Origin: a virus
Lineage: Duplodnaviria; Caudoviricetes
Virus record (IMG/VR): IMGVR_UViG_3300047311_000444
Location: 1 to 57,458 of that record
Reading direction: 5' to 3' (one strand)
Length of the DNA: 57,458 nucleotides
Shown here one piece after another: positions 1-7,580 of this stretch. The number at the start of each line of letters is the position of its first letter. Position 1 is the first letter of the stretch. Position numbers and translations under genes: made by a program. The notes beneath the pieces were generated by a model. It was given only the letters and a program-made list of their open reading frames with translations, did not search any database and was not told where the DNA came from.

Positions 1-130
1 CGCGGGATTTAAACCAGCGGGTAATTTGATGCCCAGGGAGAGAGACTGAGAACCTCGGCCAAGTGGGGTCCGATGACGGGTAGATTTTGACCGCGACCCG
101 CGCGGCAAGTGTTGAATCGTTTGTCTTCAT
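1..130 (-). CDS. Partial early protein (MKTNDSTLAARV...), alternative allele of 56415-56651
   Basis: Same leader and first 5 codons (MKTND) as the 56651 gene, then unrelated; runs off the window. Confidence 0.5.
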   Translation of the reverse strand, partial: MKTNDSTLAARVAVKIYPSSDPTWPRFSVSLPGHQITRWFKSR

Positions 131-167
131 TGTCGTTTGTCTGTTCGTTTGTTGTTATACCGTAGGC
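117..167. repeat. 51-bp exact repeat of 56638-56688 (leader and start of first early gene)
   Basis: TCGTTTGTCTTCATTGTCGTTTGTCTGTTCGTTTGTTGTTATACCGTAGGC at both sites. Confidence 0.95.
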
Positions 168-260
168 AATGAACATACCAGCGAGCAAGCCCACAAGATA
201 GTCCGTAATAATACGGGATTTCGCTTGCCCTGGGAGCGAGACCTGTGCGACAAGTCCGGC

Positions 261-782
261 ATGATCACAGCAGCCGACACGGCACCGACAAAACCATACC
301 CGAGACCCACCCAAGAGCAGAAAATAAAAGCTCGCGCCGCATACGTTCAAGGGAAGGGGTCCGCTCGCGTTGTTGCGGGTCTCTTCGGGCTCAATGCAGA
401 GACCGTGCAAGACTGGATCACGGATGAAGGATGGGTGGACATGCGAGCGGATTATGACAAGCGGCAACTTGAGAAGTTGCTCGCTCCCCCGACACCGGCG
501 CCAGCAATCCCGCAAGAGCAGAGCAGCGGAAACCGACAGGTGGACAGACTGTCTGGACAGATGCGTGCGATAGAAGAGCAGATGGAAGGAATGACGAACG
601 CCGATAGCCTTGCCAAGCTCGCAATGGCTCATTCAAAGCTCTTTGACGCATGGTGCGTACTCACTGGCACCCCTAGACCTGGGGTCCGCAAGGTCGCAAA
701 GCCGGGTCGTTCGCTCGCTCCTATCGTGGCGCCTACTGAGTCTACAGCGCAAGCGGTTGAATCACAGCCGCTTCCCGAATAA
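261..782 (+). CDS. Terminase small subunit-like HTH protein (allele A)
   Basis: N-terminal HTH (ARAAYVQG..VAGLFGLNAETVQDW..EGW), coiled coil, C-terminus nearly identical to 56783-57334; ATG 261 matches the MITAA start of the other copy. Confidence 0.6.
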   Translation: MITAADTAPTKPYPRPTQEQKIKARAAYVQGKGSARVVAGLFGLNAETVQDWITDEGWVDMRADYDKRQLEKLLAPPTPAPAIPQEQSSGNRQVDRLSGQMRAIEEQMEGMTNADSLAKLAMAHSKLFDAWCVLTGTPRPGVRKVAKPGRSLAPIVAPTESTAQAVESQPLPE

Positions 783-906
783 TGGCATCACAATGCTTAT
801 TATGTTTCAATCGGGCTTGCTCCTTTCGTAAGTGACTCCTAAGCATGCTTTTGCGCTGGTCTGGACCGTCACCGCGGGCCCAGGGCGGCACCCCCCGCGC
901 GGCGTG
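780..906. repeat. 127-bp exact repeat of window end (57332-57458)
   Basis: Direct comparison; identity stops at 779/57331. Confidence 0.97.
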
Positions 907-948
907 CCCGATCGTATATGACGCCCCCTCTTTTATCGGCAGTGCATT

Positions 949-1266
949 TTACAGCATTCTCTTGGGATTCAACCACTTAATGAACTGCCTTGCTGGACGG
1001 TGAAACCACAGTGCTTCGGGCATCTCGATCGGGACCCCGGCGATGTCGGCTCGGAAGTCGATCATTGCGCGCCAAACTTCGATTGGCATCCACTTGGGCT
1101 TCAACGGTTCAAGGCTCTCGTAGCAGACGTGTCCTATCCAGGCGTCGTCAGTTGGTGCCCAGTCTTTGAGAATCTCGCGATCGAAGTGCGGGGTTTGGTC
1201 GAGGAGGAAGTTGATGTACTCCGAGCAGTCGGGCTCCTCTTTCCTGCGTAAGTTGGGCTCTTTCAC
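949..1266 (-). CDS. Small protein containing a copy of the major capsid protein N-terminal segment
   Basis: FLLDQTPHFDREILKDWAPTDDAWIGHV vs MCP FLFDQSPHFDKDILKDWFPTDDAWIGHV; start uncertain (GTG 1266; ORF open to 1425). Confidence 0.65.
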   Translation of the reverse strand: MKEPNLRRKEEPDCSEYINFLLDQTPHFDREILKDWAPTDDAWIGHVCYESLEPLKPKWMPIEVWRAMIDFRADIAGVPIEMPEALWFHRPARQFIKWLNPKRML

Positions 1267-1302
1267 GTGAGTTACGTCGATTCCTGCAACCGTGTCCGGA
1301 TT

Positions 1303-1323
1303 TGTCCGGGACATGTCCGGGAC
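1303..1323 (-). repeat. Inverted exact 21-bp copy of the putative origin iteron pair at 8472-8492
   Basis: Reverse complement GTCCCGGACATGTCCCGGACA equals 8472-8492. Confidence 0.85.
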
Positions 1324-1329
1324 ATCCTC

Positions 1330-2145
1330 GTAGGTGGAGTTATACCCACGCGCGTTATAGATGCCGTGACAGGAGAGGGCCTTTCGGCGGGCTCCTGCTC
1401 CGCGCCCCATGGTGTTTACTGCCATGGGTGGGCGGACTGTCGGGTTTGACTATTGGTCGCGGCGCTGCGGGGACAGGCGTAAGGACAGCGGTAAATGCCG
1501 TCGACGCGGACCTCTTCGGACTTTGTTGTCGCAGGCCCATGCCCCCCTGCTCGGGGACGGCACGTTGACACATGGCTTGGGCTCAATCAGCGGCCCTACT
1601 GTGACCATGCGTTGGTTATCTGCGTCTGCACTGCTTCGTGCGGATAGCGGGGAAAGGGGTTGTTGTACTCGAGGATGAGCCTGAGCCCTGGTTGTGCTTT
1701 TAGGGGATACCCAGAGCGGCCCTCCCACCTGCGGGCAATTGAAGCGCCAACCGCACCGTGTACGCTCGAAGTGTGCGCCGGGATGGGTAGCTATTTCACT
1801 ACGGGTCCGCAGCGGAAAACGAGTCGATTGGTACCGTGGAGGCGCTTCAAATTGGCGGCACCCCTGATCGGCAGTCTCAGCACACGGGGACTGTCCAGGA
1901 GCCCCGTTCGTTTTGGACACGTGCTTAGCCGGGGATGCCAGAAGATCAGCAAGGGTCCCGCCGAACTGACGGACCAGGACGGGCATAAAACAGGACCCCC
2001 GTTCGGTTCCTCCGACGCCGGGGGTCCTGCCGCCAATGAACCGATCCGCTGCTGGATTCGTGGAAGGGAAGGCTCCAGCGGGCCTTGCGTCTGGTTTCCA
2101 CCCCAGATCAAACCGGCGCACGACCACCATAGTAATGCGCCGATC
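1330..2145 (-). ncRNA. Candidate large structured non-coding RNA (~815 nt)
   Basis: No convincing ORF; more than 12 nested helices, a GAAA tetraloop, a pseudoknot, G-U pairs mostly favouring the minus strand. Confidence 0.6.
1986..2029 (-). terminator. Possible intrinsic terminator (or one helix of the candidate ncRNA)
   Basis: 11-bp perfect stem 1991-2001/2019-2029 followed by only UUUUA on the minus strand. Confidence 0.35.
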
Positions 2146-2317
2146 ACACAGCCAACGAACAGGGATACACTCCTGATTTGCTGCGTGAAAAGGAAGCGCC
2201 GCGCGTTGTTGAAATCTTGGAACGATTTGCCCACCTTGAGCGACGCGCGGCGAAAATGTTACTGTCTGTTCCAGATTCAACGTGGCACTTGTCGCACACG
2301 TGCTCCGGGGTTGTCAA
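2144..2317 (-). CDS. Small hypothetical protein (CxxC)
   Basis: TTGA start/stop overlap with the upstream gene. Confidence 0.35.
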   Translation of the reverse strand: MTTPEHVCDKCHVESGTDSNIFAARRSRWANRSKISTTRGASFSRSKSGVYPCSLAV

Positions 2318-2532
2318 GTGGTTTTCGGCGGGACCTTGGAAAATCTCCGATCCAGGTCCTCCACGGTGATCGTCCGCTGGCGGCGCTTCCAGCCCTTCGA
2401 GTGCCGAAAATGCCAGTCGTTTCCGGGGTCTGGAACTTCCTTCTCCTGCCACGCAACAGTGACTTTGTTCTCGAAGGATGCGGAGCCCCTGATAATACGA
2501 TACCAGCGGACGATGCGGACGAGCTTGCTCAT
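2314..2532 (-). CDS. Hypothetical basic protein
   Basis: MSKLVRIV start 1 nt after the upstream stop. Confidence 0.55.
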   Translation of the reverse strand: MSKLVRIVRWYRIIRGSASFENKVTVAWQEKEVPDPGNDWHFRHSKGWKRRQRTITVEDLDRRFSKVPPKTT

Positions 2533-2533
2533 G

Positions 2534-2851
2534 TCATCGGCGCGGGTATCCCGGCTCACCGATCGGAGCAGTCGGAGCGGGCGGGACGAAATCCTGAGAG
2601 GGCGGCGCGGAGCCGACGCGGGCGCGTGGCTCGCGTAGTCCCGGCTCACTGGCGATGCAAGGTCCGTCGTCACGCTTCAGGCCCGGGTTGACGGCGCTGG
2701 CGAGAAACGACTTTTCGAGCGCTTGCGGGTTTTCCATGTAGCGGCGCAGCGCGTCCAGCAGATATTCCCGGCTCTCGAACACGACGGTTTGACAGCCCAC
2801 GTGACAGACGAATCCGTTCAACACGGGGATGATTTTTATTTCTCGGGTCAT
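2534..2851 (-). CDS. Hypothetical protein
   Basis: ATGA-coupled start MTREIKIIPVLNGFVCHVGCQ. Confidence 0.7.
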   Translation of the reverse strand: MTREIKIIPVLNGFVCHVGCQTVVFESREYLLDALRRYMENPQALEKSFLASAVNPGLKRDDGPCIASEPGLREPRARVGSAPPSQDFVPPAPTAPIGEPGYPRR

Positions 2852-3345
2852 GGGTCCTTTGGTTGTGGTTTTCCGAACAGATCGAAATAACTCTCGGGCG
2901 GACAAAGCTCATGCTGCGGGACCCAGAAGGCGGGGCGATTCTTGGCGTATGGAGAGCCCCAAAGCTCCGGTCGCTTCCCGTCGCGGGCGTACGTCCAACC
3001 CTTGATCACATACGTTCCGTTTTTCCCGCAGACCAGCCAAAAGATTCGGTCGTCAGGATCGGACGGGTGCAGGCGCAGAGCGTAATCATCCTTCGGTGCG
3101 GTGCGGCAATCCATGTCGCCCACGTCGGGACCCCGGAAAATGCCCTTGCCATTCCACGGCAGGCCCAGGAACTTCGACAGCGCCATTTCCCCCAGGATTC
3201 CCTCAATGTGAATTTGCCAGTCGTTGAGAGATTCATCACCGTGGGCGGGCTTGCGGTTCAGTTTGAGGTTCTCAATCTGCCGCGCGATACCCGCTAAGGC
3301 GCAAAGCTCGATCTCTTCGATGGGTAGGACGACGCGCTTGTTCAT
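2848..3345 (-). CDS. Phage hypothetical protein, possible PD-(D/E)XK-like fold
   Basis: EGILGEMAL...PDVG..DCRT pattern; ATGA coupling. Confidence 0.6.
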   Translation of the reverse strand: MNKRVVLPIEEIELCALAGIARQIENLKLNRKPAHGDESLNDWQIHIEGILGEMALSKFLGLPWNGKGIFRGPDVGDMDCRTAPKDDYALRLHPSDPDDRIFWLVCGKNGTYVIKGWTYARDGKRPELWGSPYAKNRPAFWVPQHELCPPESYFDLFGKPQPKDP

Positions 3346-3791
3346 TTCAATAGTGTTACATTGGGCCAACCGGCGTGTTTGTAAAGAGCCGACGCAATCA
3401 CGTCATACCACGCGACTCTTGCCACTCGTCGCACAGACGATTCAATAGCATCGACCAGGATTGATTTTCCCTGCCCGTTCGGGGGCATGTGTGCGCGATT
3501 GTTATCCGGAAAAAAGAGCACAATCAGGGTCCTTTCAACGGCGTCGAGTTGGTCCGGGGCGCAGGGAATAATAACCGCCCGATTCCACTTCATGTGATGG
3601 TGTGCGGTGACTCTGGAAATCACGTTCACCGATTGGCCGACATACACAAACTCAAACACTCCGGTATCTGCAAAATCCACCAGCACGTAAACTCCACAGA
3701 TGCGATCAACTCGCTTGATGACTGACGTAGTCCCGATGTCGACAACAGCGGGCAGGCTGAAGGGTAACGGAGATTCTTGGCGGACGCTCAT
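3342..3791 (-). CDS. GIY-YIG nuclease family protein
   Basis: GVYVL...YVGQS..VISRV..H...E..LI...P.NN motifs. Confidence 0.8.
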   Translation of the reverse strand: MSVRQESPLPFSLPAVVDIGTTSVIKRVDRICGVYVLVDFADTGVFEFVYVGQSVNVISRVTAHHHMKWNRAVIIPCAPDQLDAVERTLIVLFFPDNNRAHMPPNGQGKSILVDAIESSVRRVARVAWYDVIASALYKHAGWPNVTLLK

Positions 3792-4015
3792 TTCAATCCC
3801 TTAATCTCCTTGCTCATCGGTTTGCCGTGGACCGGCGCCGCGATCGCGCCAACCATGGTGAGCAGCGCAGCGACACGCTTGATGCCATTGCGCGCTTTGT
3901 ATTTATTCATCGGCAGGTCCGGATTCTGCGGCAGCGCGGTCTCCAGGAACTTGTTCCGCTCGATCGCCATTTCCGCACGCTGCTCCAGCGTGCCTCTACG
4001 TTTTGCTTGGCCCAT
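3788..4015 (-). CDS. Small hypothetical protein (MGQAKRRG)
   Basis: Coupled ORF in operon. Confidence 0.65.
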   Translation of the reverse strand: MGQAKRRGTLEQRAEMAIERNKFLETALPQNPDLPMNKYKARNGIKRVAALLTMVGAIAAPVHGKPMSKEIKGLK

Positions 4016-4184
4016 GGTATTGTTTTATCCCTCCGGGGGCGGGGGGCGTGATCGGTTCAGTTTCGAACGTCCACCTCCCAGCGAGTCCGTGATCAGTCCA
4101 CACGAAGCGAGGATCAGCGAATTTCTTGTTGCGCTGCCAGATGCGGCGCGAGGACTCGATCGTGAGTTGAAGGAAGGGTGTCAC
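3996..4184 (-). CDS. Small hypothetical protein
   Basis: GTGA overlap with the upstream ORF. Confidence 0.45.
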   Translation of the reverse strand: MTPFLQLTIESSRRIWQRNKKFADPRFVWTDHGLAGRWTFETEPITPPAPGGIKQYHGPSKT

Positions 4185-4318
4185 TTGTTCACCCCATAAA
4201 GGAAGCAAAGAGCCTTGATGATTCGCACCCGCTCCCATTGTCTCGCCGTGTTGAGTATCCTTACAACTTTGGAGTAGTAGTGCATCCTCACTCGCCTTTG
4301 ACGCTTCGGGCTTTTCAT
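4181..4318 (-). CDS. Small basic protein MKSPKRQRRV... (45 aa, not in ORF track)
   Basis: ATG immediately follows the upstream TGA; fills the operon gap exactly. Confidence 0.5.
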   Translation of the reverse strand: MKSPKRQRRVRMHYYSKVVRILNTARQWERVRIIKALCFLYGVNK

Positions 4319-4687
4319 TCAGTCCCTCGATTGAATCCCGCACAGTTTCCAGTTCTTGTGTCCCTGCTTGTTCATCCACGTCTCCACCTTGATCGCGCAG
4401 CGGACGATTTCTCCGGGAACGTCGGCAGCGTTCAACTCGTTGGTCGTGTCGCGCTGGCCCTTGTGGGGTCCCACACGCTGCGGCGTGGAGGGGATCATGT
4501 AAACGCTGTAGTGCAGGCGGGAATCAGCGCGAGCAAAGCCCGCTCCGTCGTGCCATGTCACATCAACCTGAATGCGCTGACGATCAATTTCAAGGACCCC
4601 CAAAACCTGCACATCGGTTGGCACGTTGCCGTTAAAAATGCGGACGTGATCACCACGCTTGAGCGCTTTGGCGTCAGAGATTTTCAC
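4319..4687 (-). CDS. Hypothetical protein (SH3/KOW-like N-terminus)
   Basis: GTGA coupling; LKRGDHVRI motif. Confidence 0.6.
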   Translation of the reverse strand: MKISDAKALKRGDHVRIFNGNVPTDVQVLGVLEIDRQRIQVDVTWHDGAGFARADSRLHYSVYMIPSTPQRVGPHKGQRDTTNELNAADVPGEIVRCAIKVETWMNKQGHKNWKLCGIQSRD

Positions 4688-5190
4688 TTGACCTTGTCCT
4701 CCCAAAATTCCCAGAGACCGTGCAGGATCGGGTGGAAGTTGTGCTGCATCATTTCCTCCTGCGCTTTCTCTTTGCTCCAGCCGTTGCATTGAATGCGATA
4801 CATGCCGACGACGAGCCCTGTCCGGTCCTCCCCGTGCTGGCAGTGGATGAAGATGTTTGTCATCGAAATTCCACCGTAGCGATTGAACACGAAGCCGGGT
4901 TGCAGGGACTCCAGCCCGATCTGCTGCCAGAAATTGATCGGCGCGCGGTAGACCGTCATGCCGATTTGCTCCGCGTAATTGTCGGAGCCCTCACGCTCCG
5001 TGTTGAGTTTGATCACCTTGGTTACGCCAAAGGATTTCAGGTAGTCCCATCCCTCCTTGCTCGGCTGGCCTCCACGCCAAACGCCTGGGCTCACCTTGTA
5101 AAAATTCGGGATTCCGAAACTTGTTGGCTTCGTCGCGCAGGACGTGGTGAGCAGCAGCGCCGCGCCGCCAATGATCTTCAGCAATTTCAT
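4684..5190 (-). CDS. Lipoprotein Cys-based (PTP/dual-specificity) phosphatase
   Basis: HCQHGEDRTG P-loop (CX5R), NFYKV..GVWRGGQP, lipobox-like LLTTSC after a hydrophobic leader. Confidence 0.85.
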   Translation of the reverse strand: MKLLKIIGGAALLLTTSCATKPTSFGIPNFYKVSPGVWRGGQPSKEGWDYLKSFGVTKVIKLNTEREGSDNYAEQIGMTVYRAPINFWQQIGLESLQPGFVFNRYGGISMTNIFIHCQHGEDRTGLVVGMYRIQCNGWSKEKAQEEMMQHNFHPILHGLWEFWEDKVK

Positions 5191-5750
5191 GTCAGACTGC
5201 TCCTTTCGATCGGGGGGAGTGCGTAGAGGATGCCACGCTTGTTCCCTTCCGCGACCTGGTTGTACGAAAGATTGAAGTCCTGATTGATGTACGACAGCGA
5301 CTCTCGGACATAGTCCAGATCAAGGTCCTTGCCTCCGTAACTATCAAATCCCCACGGCTTGCCGGGGACCTTGAAATCGTGGATGATGATCACGCAAGAC
5401 CTCGGGCCAAGCTCAGCGATCACCTTCAACTCGTCCAATAGCGGCCAGTACTCCCCGCCGTGGGCATCAAGGTAGAAGCAAATGGTGGGTCTCAATGGAA
5501 TTTCGGCTGACAGCGTCAGAAGCCCTCTTAAAATATCGGGTGAATTTCCGCACCACTCCGATATTCCAGGCCCCAGATTACGTTTCAAAAATAGGTCGCT
5601 GTTGTTGTCGATCGTGTGAACGTGGTTGACGATCTTTTTCGCCTCGCGCGCTCCGTGGCCTTGATCGGTGCCGGTCTCAATCAGTGTGTTAATCGAGAAC
5701 TCTTCAACGAGTTGCTTGAACTTTTCAACTGCTATGGGGTCGTGGAACAT
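5187..5750 (-). CDS. Class I SAM-dependent methyltransferase
   Basis: IETGT..G, FYLDAH, IIIHD motifs. Confidence 0.75.
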   Translation of the reverse strand: MFHDPIAVEKFKQLVEEFSINTLIETGTDQGHGAREAKKIVNHVHTIDNNSDLFLKRNLGPGISEWCGNSPDILRGLLTLSAEIPLRPTICFYLDAHGGEYWPLLDELKVIAELGPRSCVIIIHDFKVPGKPWGFDSYGGKDLDLDYVRESLSYINQDFNLSYNQVAEGNKRGILYALPPIERSSLT

Positions 5751-5760
5751 GGTTCAGCGT

Positions 5761-5961
5761 TTAGGGGGTTGTTCCGTCCGAAACAGGTTTATGTGCCCAA
5801 TGCTCAGCAAAGTATTTCCGGTTTGCGTTGCAGGCATAGCATGGACACCCAGGCACGTAATGCTCAATTCCTTTTTCCATGAGATAAAGCTCGAAGCCTC
5901 CGAGATCGGCAGGCTCAGGGAATTGGGGTCTTTCGACTGTGACATGCTTGTCCTTTTTCAA
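5761..5961 (-). CDS. Small Cys-containing protein (CPCYAC)
   Basis: TTGA coupling. Confidence 0.45.
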   Translation of the reverse strand: MKKDKHVTVERPQFPEPADLGGFELYLMEKGIEHYVPGCPCYACNANRKYFAEHWAHKPVSDGTTP

Positions 5962-6218
5962 ACCCAGACCTCTTTGATGCAAGGCAGGTCTTCTGGGTCG
6001 CTGGCCAAGCAGGTTAAACCATCGGGCACCAAATCGCGAGCGGCGCTGAGCGTCTTCTGCGGCTGGCCAATCATTTCCATGGGGATCGCAATCACCGCGC
6101 TGTCCAGCCGCATTTCGTGGCGCCGGACAACGTACTCTCCGGGGAAATCGCTCGGGTGTTCGTAGATCACGAACATGGAGAGCTTTTCAACTTTCTGGTT
6201 CAGGGTTTGGTCGCCCAC
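5958..6218 (-). CDS. Hypothetical protein
   Basis: FVIYEHPSDFPGEYVVRR..ARDLVP..DLPCIKEVW, operon position. Confidence 0.65.
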   Translation of the reverse strand: MGDQTLNQKVEKLSMFVIYEHPSDFPGEYVVRRHEMRLDSAVIAIPMEMIGQPQKTLSAARDLVPDGLTCLASDPEDLPCIKEVWV

Positions 6219-6474
6219 GGTGCTTGTTCTTTTGTTGTTCGAGGAAAGAATTATGGAAAGCGTCGATCTGCTCCGGTGTCAAAGTTTTGGCCTCCATCGA
6301 GGCGGCGTTTCCGGATTGTGATTGCCGAAAGTCCATGAAATCTTTTGCCATTTGGTAGACCGGCCACATGGTCGCCCTCTCCCTTTGGGTCGCGGTCTCC
6401 AGCCCCACGGGAATGATCGTCATCGTCGTGACTTGGCCCTCCAACTCCTTGACCTGGATTTTGATTTCAAACAT
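6187..6474 (-). CDS. Hypothetical protein
   Basis: Coupled ORF. Confidence 0.6.
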   Translation of the reverse strand: MFEIKIQVKELEGQVTTMTIIPVGLETATQRERATMWPVYQMAKDFMDFRQSQSGNAASMEAKTLTPEQIDAFHNSFLEQQKNKHRGRPNPEPES

Positions 6475-6724
6475 TGACCTTCTCCCATTGGATAGTTGTT
6501 AACTCTTTGTCAGGCGGCAGCCTTCCGGATTTCAGTATCGCTTCGGCGGCAATGTGGAACGCGCGATCGTTGAGCAATGTCTCTGGCGTCGTGGTTGAGC
6601 GATGATATGAACAAGCGTGAATGTCGGTTTGGTGAATCACAGGCGGGCTGTTGTGGTTGGACCGGAATTCAAAGTTGACCTTCCACTCCGCTTTTTCCGG
6701 ACACTTGTAAAAATCGCAGTTCAC
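6467..6724 (-). CDS. Zn-finger-like hypothetical protein
   Basis: CDFYKC...CSYH; GTGA coupling. Confidence 0.55.
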   Translation of the reverse strand: MNCDFYKCPEKAEWKVNFEFRSNHNSPPVIHQTDIHACSYHRSTTTPETLLNDRAFHIAAEAILKSGRLPPDKELTTIQWEKVNV

Positions 6725-7197
6725 GGAAGCTTTTCGATTTCGTCGGCGTAATCGTTCCACTTCACACCAATCGTTGCGGCGAGCAAGCGTTCAACCCCCG
6801 TGGCGAAGCAATGCTGCCCATGGTATGGAGCGTGCGGGTCGTCTCCCGGCTCGTCCTCATTGCCCACGGCGCGATCCTTCTCAAACTCCATGTCGAATTT
6901 GTCCACAGTCACCTGATCAATACCATCGGACTTGCATAGCATGCACTCAACGAGTTCGTGGACCGCAATCAGCGCTTCCATTTTCCAGGACGGAAGCTTG
7001 CTGACGCGGATATTAAGCGTGACGTTGATCAACGGCAGGTGCTCGCGCCTGCACCCGGCGCACGTGACTGCTTCAACCCGTGGAGTGATGATGCTTTGAG
7101 AGCACTCCTTGCAAAAATAAGTGTAGTCGTAAAACCAGTCACCCACGGTTGCATACCTCTGGTCCTTGTGCTCGATCGTTTCGATGACGATTCTCAT
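6721..7197 (-). CDS. Putative zincin-like metalloprotein with inserted Zn ribbon
   Basis: QRYATVGDW...HELVE...EPGDDPHAPYHGQH..ATGVE; CKEC/CAGC insert. Confidence 0.55.
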   Translation of the reverse strand: MRIVIETIEHKDQRYATVGDWFYDYTYFCKECSQSIITPRVEAVTCAGCRREHLPLINVTLNIRVSKLPSWKMEALIAVHELVECMLCKSDGIDQVTVDKFDMEFEKDRAVGNEDEPGDDPHAPYHGQHCFATGVERLLAATIGVKWNDYADEIEKLP

Positions 7198-7580
7198 GAT
7201 CGCTTGTTCCCGTGTTTGTGCGGGCGGGTTTGGTTGAAAGCGTGTTTGGTGAGGATCGCATGCACAATGTCGATCTTCAACCGCTTCGACGTATCAAAGG
7301 CCCGGATGACGATGTCGGCAAGCTCCTCCTCCGCGCAGGTGAGAGCGTCAAGGCCAACTTCCCGCATCTTCCCCGCCTTGTCGCAGGGTTCATCGAAGGT
7401 CCCATTTCTCCACGCTTCATGAAACTCGCTGATTTCATCGTGCATGTTGTTCGACGTTTGCTCGATGAACGTATGCTTGGTCTGGCCCTTCGGGTGAAAT
7501 CCCTTGTTGACGGCGTTCCGGTGGATTGAAGCAACCAAGTCCTTCAGAAAACAGTGAGTCGTTAATTCGATTTCGGGCAT
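7194..7580 (-). CDS. MazG-like nucleotide pyrophosphohydrolase
   Basis: EISEFHEAWR...EEELADIVIRAFD...K.AFNQTRPHKHG. Confidence 0.8.
   Translation of the reverse strand: MPEIELTTHCFLKDLVASIHRNAVNKGFHPKGQTKHTFIEQTSNNMHDEISEFHEAWRNGTFDEPCDKAGKMREVGLDALTCAEEELADIVIRAFDTSKRLKIDIVHAILTKHAFNQTRPHKHGNKRS

Noticed and set aside
780-906. 127-bp repeat as attL/attR or a true terminal repeat
   Set aside because: No integrase, the flank is phage-like rather than host DNA, and the length equals a common assembler k-mer.
1127-1216. MCP-like copy as a DGR template/variable repeat pair
   Set aside because: No reverse transcriptase in the genome; differences are not adenine-specific and are largely synonymous.
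1430-1880. Group I intron core (GAGACUG / CAGUCC could form P7)
   Set aside because: No convincing P4-P6 or J8/7 consensus and no interrupted gene evident; left to cmscan.
1450-2691. Long ORFs 1450-2280(-), 1660-2691(+), 1791-2234(-)
   Set aside because: R/P/G/S-rich shadow-like composition, mutually overlapping, no motifs; better explained by GC-rich structured RNA.
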